Assembly (NCBI GenBank): GCA_951406725.2
Contig: OX597820.1
Span: 44,392,001-44,456,000 of the forward strand
DNA: 64,000 nucleotides
Origin: Octopus vulgaris
Lineage: Eukaryota
Direction: 5' to 3'
Part shown: piece after piece, positions 29,431 through 43,695 of the stretch
Layout: each line of letters begins with the position of its first letter
Position numbering within the stretch: the first letter of the stretch is position 1
Notes under the pieces: generated by a model
Seen by the model: only the letters and a program-made list of their open reading frames with translations
Databases searched by the model: none
What the model was told of the DNA's origin: nothing
Made by a program: the position numbers and the translations under genes

Positions 29431-29753
29431 AATTAATAGCAAATGTGCTATTTTTTATTTTGTGTGACTTTGGTCCTTCGTTCTTTGTACTATTAATCTT
29501 ATATTTGGAGACGGAAACATTTTTTTCAGCAGCACATAGAACACGATCCACAGTCTCAAATTCCACATCTCAGCGCATGTTGTCTTTTGACCATCACACA
29601 CACAGAACCAGTGTGCCAAAATAATGAACATATTTCTCTCTTGTACTCTTAACAATTTTTAAAAAGGTTATATTACCCGAAAGTTCAAATCAAAAATTTC
29701 TTAGGTAGCATTTCAATGTTTTCGGTAGTGTTATAACTGAGATTAAACAAAGC

Positions 29754-29798
29754 GTTATAGAAATTAATGGAATTGCCAATTCCATTAACTTCTATAAC
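29754..29798. repeat. 22-bp near-perfect palindrome
   Basis: GTTATAGAAATTAATGGAATTG-c-CAATTCCATTAACTTCTATAAC, one mismatch. Confidence 0.9.
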
Positions 29799-30664
29799 AC
29801 TATTAGGTTTTTAACATTTCAGGCGGGAGGGGTATTTTTTTTTTTTTTTTTTTTTTCAACATTACGTTTCAATCGATCTGATTTCTGTTCATCATTAAGT
29901 TAATCCCAGAAAGGATTCGAACTAAGAACTATTATTTCAAAACAAATTTCATTTTTATCTACAGGCCAACGATGCTTGTACAAAAAAATTAGGTTAATTC
30001 TTCGATTAATTATGATCTTACTTAAAAAATAATTAATCCCACACATTTCGACAATTAGTCCGTCCACTGGTTCTACGAAAGAGATAAGAACATAGATTTA
30101 TGAGTGTTTTAGTTGCTGCTGCTGCTTAGATTTTGGTTGTTGTTGTTATTGTTGTTGTCATGTTAGTCGATTTGAGATGATGATGGTTGGTAGTAGTGGC
30201 AGTGCTGATGCTGGTGGTCCTGGTGATGCTAGTGATGATGCGGTGTAGGAGAAGAAATGGTGTTGAATGTAATGATTGATGTAATAGTGTTGGTGGTCGA
30301 GATTATAAGTAATGGTGGAGGGGGGCATGAGGAATTGAGGGGGAAGAAACATGATTCATGTGAGTGGTAATGACGATGACGATGATAGTGATGGTGATGG
30401 TGAGGGTGAGGCTTACGGTGATGGTGTAGTAATAATAAAGGTGGTGGTGGCGATAAATTGCGATGGAGGTGACGGTGCTGGTGCTGGTAGCGACGGTGGT
30501 GATGGTATATAGTGGTAGTGGTAGTGGTGGTGGTGGTGGTGGTAGCGGTGATGATGAATTGTGTAGGCAGTAATGTTGGCGGGGACGGGGTTGTGATAGT
30601 GTTGGTAATAGTAATGGTGGTGACGATGATGATGATGATCATGATGATGATCATGATGATGATC

Positions 30665-30696
<32 letters not shown>

Positions 30697-30779
30697 GATG
30701 GTAGTGATGGTAACATAGGCAGTAGTGCAAGGTGTTGGTTGTTGGTAGTAATTCTCGTAGTAATTAACGTTGGTGACGA

Positions 30780-30818
<39 letters not shown>

Positions 30819-31092
30819 CAGATGTTGCGGTGGTGGTGGTGGTACAAAGTGATAACACTCAGTAAGAAGGTAGTACCTACACCATAATTGTGAATGACAA
30901 CAAACTAACAAGCTAATATCGTGTCACCGTTGTCATTTCCGTTTGTATCACCATTGACATTAATGATGTTGTTCTCCTAATTATTTGTCTTACTTCTGAG
31001 AATGATGGTGGTGGTGGTGGTGGTGGTGCCTTTCGGTTGTGGCGGCGGCGGCAGCGGCAGTGTTGAAATGGTTGGTTGTTTTTTTTTTTTGT

Positions 31093-31361
31093 AGTTGTTT
31101 AGTCCCAGGTCAACCCCGATCGATTAGACATATGGGGAAAGATATTCCAGCCGTGACCATCTTGTCAATTTAGTAATAGATACCATCGAATTTTCTCGGG
31201 CTTTTTGTTTGTGTTTTTTTTTTATTTGTTCTTGCGATAACGGTAGGGTGAGATTTGAGGAATATTTGGATGTTATTTCTAGCAGGTTGAACGACTACGT
31301 AAAGGTTTCCGTAGTAGTAGTAGTAGTAGTAGTAGTAGTTGTTCTTGTTGTTGTTGTTGTT

Positions 31362-31445
<84 letters not shown>

Positions 31446-31995
31446 GATGATGATGATGGTGATGATGATGATGATGATGATGATGATAATGATGATGTTG
31501 GTGTTGTTGTTGATTAGCCCCATGTGAATCCGTAGCCATCTTGTCATTTTCGATGTAGATGCCAACTATTTTGCCTTTTTTTATTCCACACGAAACGGTA
31601 ATGTGTAATCTGAGGGATATTTGGTTGCTATTTCTAGCACTTTGAACGACCACCTAGAAGCTCATGTTATTGTTGCTGTTGTTCTTGTTCTTGTTTAGCC
31701 CCAAGTCTTCATTGATGGAAGAGGCTTATGATTAAAAGAAGCTCTATTCTGGATCATCCCGTCATGTCTTCAAATATTGCGTATCTTGGAGCGCATTATC
31801 TAACGTATCCTTTAAAAGTAGACTGCTGTATATGCGTTTATGCTTTGAGGGAGATTCAGCTCTTATTTTCATCAGATCGACCAACCCTCATTACATCTTG
31901 CGTTGAATGGTTGTTATTGTTGCTATTCTTTAGCTCTAGATCAAACCTGATCAAATAAACCTACGATCAAGGACATCTTAACCGTGACCATCATG
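31093..31995 (-). mobile_element. tandem cluster of an old (AAC)n-tailed interspersed repeat (family F)
   Basis: GTTTAG(C/T)CCCA..CCGTGACCATC..TTTGAGG..GCTATTTCTAGCA blocks repeat 3-4 times; related pieces at ~19890 and ~36170. Confidence 0.6.
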
Positions 31996-32365
31996 TCAAT
32001 TTCCCATGTGCAGTGAACTCAGGACAATAGTAATGCATGTTTGCATGTAAACGCGCCATACTATGTATAAATATGTTCAGTAAAAACTGTGTCTTTGAGT
32101 TCACTGAGCAGTGACAAAAGGACTTACGAGACACCATCATATATATATATTAAAAATATATATATATACATATATACATATATATATGTATATATATAGT
32201 CCGTTTCCTTGTTTTGTTTTTATGTTTTCGTTTCTCGTTGTGTTCTACGTTTATTTGTGGTGTCCTGTACCCATATATGCATGTATATATACATATAGAT
32301 GTAGGTATGTACATATATGTATGTATGTATGTATGCATATGTTTTATTTATTTATTAAATTGTTG

Positions 32366-32456
<91 letters not shown>

Positions 32457-32640
32457 TATATATTATATATTATATATTATCTACATTTACAGATCCATTA
32501 TTTAGGCAGAATTCTGCCAAAATAATGCATCTATAAAATCCAATATCCTTGCATATCTCACATCTATTTTCATTCCTCCACTTCACTCTCTATTTCGTAT
32601 CTTATCTAAATTAACTATTGCTTAACCATTTTCTCACACC

Positions 32641-32688
32641 GTATCCGATGAAGGGATATAATAAATATCCTGGAAACAGTTGTAAGAC
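32641..32688 (+). ncRNA. degenerate type I hammerhead in a non-coding element between TA tracts (~32480-32890)
   Basis: GTAT-CCGATGA-aGGGATAT aataa ATATCCTg-GAAACAGTTG-TA-AGAC; U4 changed to C, near-palindromic stem III. Confidence 0.6.
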
Positions 32689-33527
32689 CTATTTATAAAT
32701 GTTCCAAAATCTTCGCACCCTTGAGTTTTTTTTATCTCATTCTGAAAAAAAAAATTTATATATACACACGCTGATATATGACCTACGTTGGACTCCTTAT
32801 TCGCATAATCACCGAACCTGGAGCTTAACTATGATCTATCCATAGCACTTACTCAGCATTACCTGACACCATTACCTCTCATAACCTCTCTCTATATATA
32901 TATACATACATACGTGTGTGTGTGTGTGTGTGCGCGTGTGTGTGTGTGTATGTGTGTGTGTGGTGGTGGTACTGTTCCTGCTGCTGGCGCTGCAAAGTGA
33001 TAACACTCAGTAAGAAACAGCAAGAACACGAATATTGGAAATGACAACAAACTAACAAGCAATTTTCATGCCACTAATAAAGCAGTGCTTCTCCGAGTGG
33101 ATGATACCACCCCCTCGGGATGTTAGAAAATGCATTAAGGGTATTGAGTCAAAAGATACGGCAGGAGCGCGATGGACGCATCTGTACAGTTTTTTAAGTC
33201 TTGCTCTCTAATTTAATTTTTTTTTTTATTTTAAAATAGACACAACCACAACAACAATAACAATCACAATGATATCAACAATAATAACAGACTTCGAAAT
33301 GAGAATATGTAAATAAACAAAACCGAATGTATACCACCTATACTTATAGTATTCGCTTACAATAGGGTGTGGCTTTGATAAGTAATCTACCACATTAGTC
33401 TAATAATACCCGGAACTAAATTACTTTGGTCTGATATCACATTTATGTACAGTAAAAATGGTGGTGGGTGAAGTGAACTGTAATAAGAGGGTATGGAATA
33501 AGTATTCGTTAAAGAAAAGGGGTGATA

Positions 33528-33942
33528 CTCTCTTTTCTCTTTTACTTGTTTCAGTCATTTGACTGTGGCCATGCTGGAGCACCGCCTTTAGTCGAGCAAA
33601 TCGACCCCAGGACTTATTTTTTGTAAGCCCAGTACTTATTCTATCGGTCTCTTTTTGCCGAACCGCTAAGTTACGGGGACGTAAACATACCAGCATCGGT
33701 TGTCAAGCAATATTGGGGTGACAAACACAGACGCACAAACATATACACACACACACATATATATATATATACATATATACGACGGGCTTCTTTCAGTTTC
33801 CGTCTATCAAATCCACTGACAAGGCTTTGGTCGGCCCGAGGCTATAGTAGAAGACACTTGCCCAAGGTGCCACGCAATGGGACTGAACCCGGAACCATGT
33901 GGTTAGTAAGCAAGCTACTTACCCACAGCCACTCCTACGCCT
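33528..33942 (-). mobile_element. SINE family B, full length
   Basis: Aligns to other copies. Confidence 0.93.
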
Positions 33943-34939
33943 GATAGTTTTTTTTTTAAATGTTTAAGAAATTCAGCAATAGACTAATGTAGTGTTGTGC
34001 TCTGCCATTGGCTGTTGTGACGTTGTGTGTAACGTACCAACAAGCAATGGTCTCGTTCACCCTTTATTCATGTACCCAACTCACTTGTTTAGTCACCAAT
34101 ACTTCCCTTGTCATCAATATTGCATCAATCTTCTCCTCTCTCCCCCACAGTCACACACTAACCATTATGCCCAACTCTTCCTTCCCAAAACAACAGCCAT
34201 CTGGAATTCCCAGCATGATCATGTTTTTTTGTTGTTTTTTTTTTGCTTCTTTTCTGAGGGCTTACGAAAATTATAAGCACAGTCCTGTCCATCGGGACCC
34301 AATCAATAATGAAAATATATACGACAATTACTCTATTTCTTACTTGATTTTAACTGAAAAAGCTCGTGTGCGACTTAAACAAAGGACAAAGCTTAAACTA
34401 CGACAGCAAAAAAAATTTGTACCGAGATTTAGCCCTATATTAGGGGTCTGACTTGTACAAAAGTGCAACCTATACTCAAATATATAGGGTTTATATAAAA
34501 GAAAGTAATAAATGCCGTGCTCCAGACTTATCGTGTTTATCGACAGCCATTGCACACTTCTCTGGCATTTAGTATGTTATCATATTAGTTGGAAAAGAGG
34601 CAGCTTGAGCATATTATGTTTTATCTCATTATCCACTTACCAAGTCGATTATCCTAGGAACCATAGGTCTCCTGAATTTGTACAAAATTCTACAGAATTA
34701 GTACTGAAGGTTGAAAGAAGTCTGGAACAACTACAATCACTAATAGCAGTTGGAAGTTCGGTGATTAAACGATCGAGCACGTGACTGGCTGTGAGTGCTC
34801 GTCACTGAGGAGACCCAAAATAAGGCTGAGACGCATTTCGCGTTCCAACTGGTCGCTGCTGGAAAGAGTTTTCATCTCCCTCCGATAGTTATTGTTTTAA
34901 ACACAGCGCACCTATAATAGATGATATCTCAAGACAAAT

Positions 34940-35325
34940 GGAAGCACTCCGTCGGTTACGACGATGAGGGTTCCGGTTGATCCGAATCAACGGAACAGCC
35001 TGCTCGTGAAATTAACGTATAAGTGGCTGAGCACTCCACGGACACGTGCACCCTTAACGTAGTTCTCGGATATATTGAGCGTGACACAGAGAGTGACAAG
35101 GCCGGCCCCTTGAAATACAGGTACAACAGAAACAGGAAGTAAGAGTGAGAGAAAGTTGTGGTGAAATAGTACAGCAGGGATCACCACCATCCCCTGCCGG
35201 AGCCTCGTGGAGCTTTTAGGTGTTTTCGCTCACAATAAACACTCACAACGCCCGGTCTGGGAATCGAAACCGCGATCCTATGACCGCGAGTCCGCTGCCC
35301 TAACCACTGGGCCATTGCGCCTCCA
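34940..35325 (-). mobile_element. tRNA-derived SINE family C with 12-bp TSD
   Basis: A-box TGGCCCAGTGG, B-box GTTTCGATTCC; TSD CTCAAGACAAAT at 34928-34939 and 35326-35337. Confidence 0.92.
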
Positions 35326-35891
35326 CTCAAGACAAATACCATTGTAACAAGCCTATCAACGAGTGTATACGTAAAATATGATATACTGGTGACTACTTTA
35401 AATTAATACTCCTTTAATTACCTATAGCGGATCAAAAGAGTATTAAAATGTTGTAGTGTAACATACTACTGAGGAGTATTCAATATAGCACACTTCAAAT
35501 TAAATGTTAGTTCCTCTCTTGTTCAAGCAATATATTCCGACATTGAAATATTTCCATAATCCCCAGGTTGGCTACTTTAAATTAGTTTCATTCCTTCCAG
35601 GAGAATCTTCTGATTTTGGTGCCACATAGAACATGAGAACATTGCTAAACCATTCTTCTTTCTGTTGCTGTCTCTGCTGCTGCTGCTGCTGCTGCTGCTG
35701 CTATTGCTGGTTATTGTTGTTGTCGTTTTTATTGCTGCCACGTTTACATTTGATAATGAAATCATAGAGTTTAGATGAAGTTCTGAGGCTTGGCAGCCTT
35801 AAGATGTTATAGTTAACTTATAGCCAGTATCTTGATAAGTGGCGGCAGCGGCGGTGGCGGCCGCAGCAGCAGCAGCAGCAGCAGCAGTAGC

Positions 35892-35943
<52 letters not shown>

Positions 35944-36234
35944 TTGGGGAAGTTTCTCCAAACATTTGTTAGTTTGATTGAAAGTACTGCCTCGAGGTCG
36001 CTAACAACCAATACACACACACACACACACACACACTCACAGAGTGCAGTATTACATTCTTTCAATATTTCGATATTTCTCAATATTCACATGGTGCCAC
36101 TGAGAATTACAATCATCACTAATACATCCAAACATCCAGCATCATGACCAAACTGAGCAGGTCCTTCAGTATGCTAGAAATATCAACCGGATTCCCTCAA
36201 ATTACTTCTAACTATTCATAAAGTGGTAAGGACG

Positions 36235-36318
<84 letters not shown>

Positions 36319-36830
36319 CTTGATCTTGTCAAAGATCAGAAATGAAAATATCCTACGTACTGGTCTGCTTCTTATGATGGAAATCCCCATGGAGGGAAAC
36401 CGAAAAACGAAGAATTTAAACGAAACGAAGCCTCTTTCTTGTTTTCTTCTTCGTTTGCCGGTTTTTCAACCTTCCACCTTTTATATCTACGTTTTTTTTT
36501 TCGCGCCTTTCCTCGTTTTTTCTCTCATACTATCGCCCTATTTTTAGCTTGTTATGCCATGTGGGTAGTACCTGGAAATTGCTGGTCATAGATATCATAC
36601 TGAACAACATGCCATACTGGATATTATGTTTTGGAGACTTCTGCAGCCTAACAAAGCATGAAGAACATTCAACTACGTTGAAGCTATTGGCAGACACACA
36701 CACGCACACACACATGAAAGTGAAGATTTACCAAAGCTAATGGGGTCTGAAATACATGGCGCAGCATTGTAAGACACATAACGGTTGCAGCCGCTTGAAA
36801 AAATAATATTTCGCACTTTCTACGCTTCTG

Positions 36831-36861
<31 letters not shown>

Positions 36862-36868
36862 GTCTGTC

Positions 36869-38030
36869 TGGCACCGCGAGTGTCGCGTTGCTCTCAAGCA
36901 ACTCTGCCGTCCTGGGTCGACCTTGAGTGACTTCATCACAACTAAAGCATTCTATAGGGGATTAGTGGAGGGGAGGTACGACGAGCTCGGGGCGAACCTG
37001 GACGTCAACGAGGAGTACCTGACCCGCCTGTTCGGGACGACTTTCGGGCCAGGGCCCATGGACAACTTCCAGAGATCCCTGGCCTGGCAGTGCTACCGAG
37101 AAGCGCTACCCGTTCGGGATAAGCTCTACAGACACGGCTCGAGAAACACAGGGCCGACCTGCCTGAGATGCGGCCAGAGCGACGAAACCGTTCTGCACGC
37201 ACTCGTGCAGTGTCCAACAATTTCCGACCTGTGGGCTTATGTCGAACAACTGCTGTCACGTGTGGGACGAGTCGGTTTATCAGCTGAGTCTATCGTCAAT
37301 ATTGTCACGCCTCCTTCCTTCAAACGGGAAGGAAGAGCTATTTTCATCATCCTTGTGGCTATGGCGAAAGAATGTATCTGGTGGATGCGTCTGAAAGGAT
37401 TGGCGACAAACACTTTCCTCTCTGGTCAATCTCTCATCAACTTCTTCAAGTACCACTTGAAAAGGAAAGTGAGAGTAGAGAGACAAGTTTTGTCTAGTGA
37501 ATGTTTTTAAAAAAAGATGGGTGAATGTAGCAAGGATGGCACGTATGAATGACGAAGCCACCTTGAGCATAATCCTATGAACCCAGAAATTGAAAACAGA
37601 GGGTTACCCACTTGCAAACAAATGTGGTAACATATAACAATATTGACCAAGGTTACCGTGGTCTTTTTCGTAGGCTTTTCTTCCCACGGATAAACCTTAC
37701 TTGCTTTCCCTTTACAACATACATCATAACACTGTGATACACGATCCCTATTGATCGTTTTTTTCCTCTTCCCCTTTTTCCCCCTTTTTTCTTCTTTTTT
37801 TCATCTCTCTTTTCTTTTGTTCCTTTTCCTTTTTTTAATTTTTTTATTATTTTTTTTTATTTTTTGTTCTTTTTTCCCTTTTACGACACCTTTTGATCGA
37901 AAACCTACGCCACCTTTTTTTTTGTTTCTTTTGTTTTTTTGTTTTTTGTTTTTTTCATCCCCCAAAAGAAAAGCTCTACCTTGTAACTTGTTCCATCTGT
38001 GTGCAGCCCTGTGTGGCCAATAAAGAAACT
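36869..38030 (+). mobile_element. Tx1/L1-group LINE 3' fragment
   Basis: zf-RVT-type motif WQCYREALPVRDKL..CLRCGQSDETVLHALVQC..LW; T-rich 3' UTR; AATAAA at 38019; (TCTA)n on both sides. Confidence 0.9.
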
Positions 38031-38052
38031 TATCTATCTATCTATCTATCTA

Positions 38053-38164
38053 AGCGACTTCAACACAACCAAAGCATTCTATAGGGGATTAGTGGAGAGG
38101 AGATACGACGATGATCTCGGGGTGAACCTGGGCGTCGATGAGGAATACCTGACCCGCCTGTTCA
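38053..38164 (+). mobile_element. second short Tx1 fragment
   Basis: Paralogous to ~36925-37033 (TTKAFYRGLVE..YD..LG.NL.V.EEYLTRLF). Confidence 0.85.
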
Positions 38165-39464
38165 GACAGTTGAAAGCGTCTGAGCAGGTCTCTGAGGCAT
38201 TTGCATCCCCGTCTATTCCTATCTCTACCCACGTAGTCTACATGCGTGACCAAGGTAGCATTCCAATCCCACACTAAGAGTAAAGGACGAGACGTTCCCA
38301 AGAATACTTGTAGACGTTGAAAGAAATCCGCCCGACCTGTTAAGGGCGGTGCGTAGACTGATACGAGTCGAAAAGCGCACCCATTGCTGCCGTCGACATC
38401 CATGACGACCAGTCTACCCTCCGGGTCTACGAATATTGTCTTTACTTTGAGATCCAGACTCTTGCGAAAAAGTACCGCGGTGCCACTACCGCCCATTCTT
38501 GGCAGACAGGCGGGAAAATAAATGTTGAACTGTCCGCCAAACATGGTCTTTAGGGCCCGCGGATTGTGGAGTCTGGTCTCACTTATGGCTATGATTTCTA
38601 ACTTATGTGATTTTATGTCATTTAAGAGGTACCCTTGTTTCCAAGGGGACCCCAAGCCACGCGCATTTACACAACCAATCTTGATCATATTCCTAATGAA
38701 TTAGAATACAAGTGAAAGGAACAGAGGGTTACTTACTGCTCGAAAGTTTTTGCTTTCTCCCCCATTGGTTTGTCCTCGAGGAGATCCCAGTAAAATTTCT
38801 TTAGATATTTTTGGCATTTACCAACCGCACTGGGAAAATGTCTTTGAGTGTGTGGTGCAGACTTTTGTAGATGTGTAATATTTTGATGTGGTCTGGTGGT
38901 GTTGTGTATGGGTGATTGTTTGTTTTTATGTCATCTTCTGAAATTTTTGTTTTTGATTTGATGTATTCCATCAAATTTATGTTTTTGGTGTCTATAGCTG
39001 TGAGCATGTTTGCTGTATATATTTTTGTGGTGTTGGTGTGGCTATTGTTTGTGTTGGGTTTTGAAATGTCTTCGGGAGATGTATTTCCCCCTGCTTTGTT
39101 TGTGTTTGCATTTGGTTTGGTTGTGTTTCTGCTCTTTATTTTCCTTCTTTTTCTGGCTATTTGACATTCTTCACTGGTTTCGTCTTCCGACGAATTTTCT
39201 GAGGAATCAGTAGGGGGTAGGGGTATGTTGTAGGCGTCTATGTATGTCTGTGTAAGTGGTTGTGCTGTTGTTTTCGTTACTGTTGGTTGTTGAGTGTTTG
39301 TGTGTGGTGAGTGCGGTATAAGGGATGGGGAATCAGTTTTTGTATATTTTCTTTGTTTTTCTGTTCCTTTGGTTCTTGCTGTTGTTGGTGGTGTTGGTAT
39401 TTTCTAAGGTGTTGAGTAATTTTTGGTTGTTGACGGCTTAGCTTGGTGTGCTTCTCTTGTCGTC
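38164..39464 (-). mobile_element. Tx1/L1-group LINE: end of ORF1 and APE endonuclease start of ORF2
   Basis: MIKIGCVNARGL..IAISETRL..GTAVLF..DPEGRLV..VSVYAP..(G/W)DWN; upstream T/K/N-rich ORF1 remnant; abuts (TAGA)n at 39465. Confidence 0.9.
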
Positions 39465-39560
<96 letters not shown>

Positions 39561-40045
39561 CTGCTCTTTGGAATTTATGTCTAACATGCTGACATTCAGT
39601 ATCGTTATTGTAAGGTCACAGATATGCAACACAAGTCTCCCATGATGTCAACCGGGTCGTTGTGTTGTTATTCCTGCATCTTATATCACGAAGCCACACA
39701 TCGCATAAATACAAACAAGCACACAAGCACACTTACATACATACATACTTACATACATACATACATACATACATACACTACGTGTGAATGTATGTGTGTA
39801 TGAGTGTGTGTATGTGTGTGTGAGTGTGTAGATGTGTGTATTTTATGCTCATACTGATTTGTCTATAAACTTATTCAGAGCTCTTTAATAACTTTCTAAC
39901 TAAAGACATGTATATGTGTATCGTTTATGTGTGTGTGTATGTGCATTCATAAGCATATGCATATATGCATATATATATATATATATATACATACATATAC
40001 ATATATATATAAAGATGTTTGTATGTGTATACGTATGTATGTATG

Positions 40046-40137
<92 letters not shown>

Positions 40138-41924
40138 AATCATGTTAGTGATTTGACAGAGTTGTTAAAGCACCAAACAGAATGCCTTGCGGTATTCCTT
40201 CTTGTCTCTGCACTCCTTGTTCAAATGCTATCAAGATCAAGTTTGCCTTTCAAATAGGCCTGCGTGGGCAGATTAGAAATACACTATTCTTTTAAACCCC
40301 AAAAGAGAAATTATTGATGCCATGCTCTATTTTCAGGATTGAAATATTTGAGCGTTCTGTATCTTTTATGCATGCAACAAGATACTTGTTCCTGATGTTG
40401 ATATAGAAAGGAAATTTTTGAAAATATTTCGTCAGATTCTTAAGTGCACAACTTACAGTGTCTAAATGGTTTGCCTACATAAAATAATTTCCTCTTGACA
40501 TCGTAATAAAAATACCTTATATTACCATTTTTTAGACACCAACTTAAGCCCAATAGAAGTTACAAAACTATCTATTGGAAAAACCACTAGGGAGCAACCG
40601 GTTGGCCAGATACTGATAGGATCGGATATTTGTAGTGAAAGCTCACATTTTCCAGTACGTGCATAAAACTGGTCAAAAAACAATGAATGCTGTATTTAAG
40701 GACAATAAATACTGTATTCAAGGACAATACTCGTGCCTAAAAGAATAGAGACAATTGTGACAAATACTATTGATTCATAGCATACTTAAAGACTATGCAT
40801 AAATTGTCCACAGGTTATAAACTTTCCATGGTTCTCGAACATCATTTTGTGTCCTTTGGTCTCATTCAGACAATACGTATTGACCTGGAAATGGATAAAT
40901 GAGTACTTCTTTTGTGTACTCAACAGTATAACTAAGAACACCTTAGAAACAATTGAAGATCTCCTGAATGTGTACTTTGTGTGCAGTTGGTCCTTGTAAC
41001 ACAAGTGTAACTAGACTGACCTACTTCAATTGGAACTTGAAGAAGCATTTATTCTATCAACCGAAGATTATGCATGGGTATATACGTCAAAACCTTGAAA
41101 ATATCAACAATACTAACAAGCAGAGCCTCTCCTGGACTTGCGATTGATATACAACAGTTCAGGAGCAGGATATATCAGCCAAATACCGCCCTAAAAAAGA
41201 TTTTAAAAATACTTCCAAACCTCCATGTTGTGACAGAAAATGTCTACTGTGTCAGACAAGGCGTCGAGGATATCAGAGCTGTCCAAATATGTCCTTAAAA
41301 TATTACGTTCCCATGAGACATTGTTGCCCCTGAAACTATATTGACTCAGCTGGAGAGACCTTGTCAGTGCGCTAGTGAGCAGTTAGCATTTTGCAAAGAA
41401 CTTAAATGAATCCCAAATAAAAACATACATAAATACGTACAAAAACACGTACGTAATACATACATACATACATACATACATACATACATACATACATACA
41501 TACATACATACATACATACATACATACACTGACTCCCATCTCCATCACACGTAGATAGGAACAAATAAACATGAAACTCATAGATCCAACTTCTCTGCTC
41601 TTTTTTTAAGTTCCTATTATTTTTTCTCTGCACTGACGAGTACTTTGATATTTGCAAATTCTAAAATGAATTTATTTCTATGTACGAAACGATTGTATGC
41701 ATGAATAAACTTCTTACAACTTTTTATCATCTATTCTCCTCCATTTTTGACAAATATGATTGGATTTGCAGAACTTCATTCTATAAATTAATCATACACT
41801 TAATATATATACATACATACAAACAGACAGATCGCCTCTACCTAAATCGAAAACAAGGCCTTTGGATGTCGCATTATATCCCTTTGGAAACATCTTTTAA
41901 CCAGCCATAGCCACTCGTAATAAA

Positions 41925-42450
41925 AAGAAATACTGGTGGAATGTACCAGTGAAGACCTCAATAAAATATAATCACAACAGTCCTGATATAATGATTTGGG
42001 ACAGAGAAGAGAAACTGTGTCCAGCTGCGGAAATTAGCTGCCTAGAGGATGTTAATATAAAGCTGAAGAGAACACCTATGCAGAACTATTGAAAAATCTG
42101 CAGTTACTCTATCCAGATTACAGGTCCAGCTTTATACCTGTAATTATTGGAGTCACAATAATTGGGCTTCTCAAGATCAGAAAGGAGAAAGCTAATTCGA
42201 AGACTACAGATCCAATCCATCACTGAAACTGTAAAAATCTGTAAAACTTTCCAGAAGTTTATCCTTTAAATATATATGAGCATGTCTATATATGCAACTA
42301 TATGCATGAGAATACATACATAAAACATACAAATCTGCACATACATACCATACATACATACATACATACATACATACATACATACATACATACATACATA
42401 CATACATACATACATACATACAAAAATACCCTGTTGTTGATATTGAAACA
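41925..42450 (+). mobile_element. RLE-type (R4/Dong-like) LINE 3' fragment
   Basis: YWWNVPVKT..HNSPDIMIWDREEKLC..EISC..YAELLKNLQLLYPDY..IPVIIG restriction-like endonuclease trace. Confidence 0.75.
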
Positions 42451-42859
42451 AGTAAAAGAGTAAAGAGTAAAAGAGTATATACGAGCAAAACGCCCCCGTC
42501 CAATGGACGGTGCTGAGTTGTCAAACATTTAAACCAAATTTTCTCAAAACAACTTGTCCGACCGTCCCATAGGCCTCCCCTTTGAGAAACGCTGATTTAA
42601 CCTAAATTTCAGACACCAGCAAAAGAAGAAATGAAGATAGACTTTTTTTTATTCCAAAGAGAAACGATTTTATTCACACAAATATGCAACCGAAGAGTTT
42701 AAAGTACCAGTAATGATAAGGCTGTTGAGTGGGAGAACACAAATATGGTTTAAACAGTAAGCTTGGCAGGAAAGAAACGTGCCTTTAAGCAGTACAAAAA
42801 CAACAGAAAATGGAAGGTGCAGTTATGTACAGGTTGACGGAAGAAAAGCAGGACAAAAA

Positions 42860-43036
42860 CGGCTTTATCGATCGCATTCTCACCTGGCATCGATTTTTGT
42901 AATTTTTTCAAGACTTATACACGGTCTAATACCGTCGGTATCTACATATGTTATTTGAGCGCAATCGGATGCAGGATGCCCGAGATCCTAGAAGACCCAC
43001 ACAGAGACAGACAGAGCGGATTTCATATAATAGATA
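42860..43036 (-). mobile_element. possible non-autonomous Helitron 5' end
   Basis: Minus strand starts A|TCTATTATATGAAA..CTGTCTGTC, a layout seen in short Helitrons; no 3' end found. Confidence 0.35.
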
Positions 43037-43606
43037 TGCGCGCTCACACATACACACACATGTCTGGCTGGTGTTGTTATAAACTTGTCTTATTTATTTA
43101 AACCTGAGGTTTTGCTCTTATATATATATATATATATTTTTTTATTTTTTCATTGACTGTAGTCCTTGTTTCTGTCTGTCTTTTGTGGTTGTTTATTGTT
43201 CGTAATCAAAGCTTCACGCTGATCAGGATATTGTTATTTAACCCAGGCAGTTGTTATTCACGTAATGTAAAAACAAAAAGAAAACACAAGCAGAACAATT
43301 GGACGTCTACAAGAGTATTGTGTAAACAAAGTGACCTAAAGCCATATGATTGGAATTATTATTTTACTGTTCGTTGCCAGTTATCAACGTTCTTCGACTC
43401 TTTCTTCTGTCTATAATTCAGTTTTCGTGAGCGCGTGTTTGTGCATATGCTTGGGTGTGTGTGTTGCGTGTGTCTCTGTGAATATACGTGTACATTTGTG
43501 AGTACACAAACGCCTACACATGAATACGCACACGCACATATATAAGTACGTTTGTATAAGTATATTTGTATGTATGTGTGTGTGTATGTATATATACATA
43601 CATACA

Positions 43607-43642
<36 letters not shown>

Positions 43643-43663
43643 CATATATATATATATATATAC

Positions 43664-43695
<32 letters not shown>

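Noticed and set aside
35250-35325. tRNA-like sequence with A and B boxes
   Set aside because: No complete acceptor stem; it is a SINE head bounded by a TSD. The same applies to the other SINE heads
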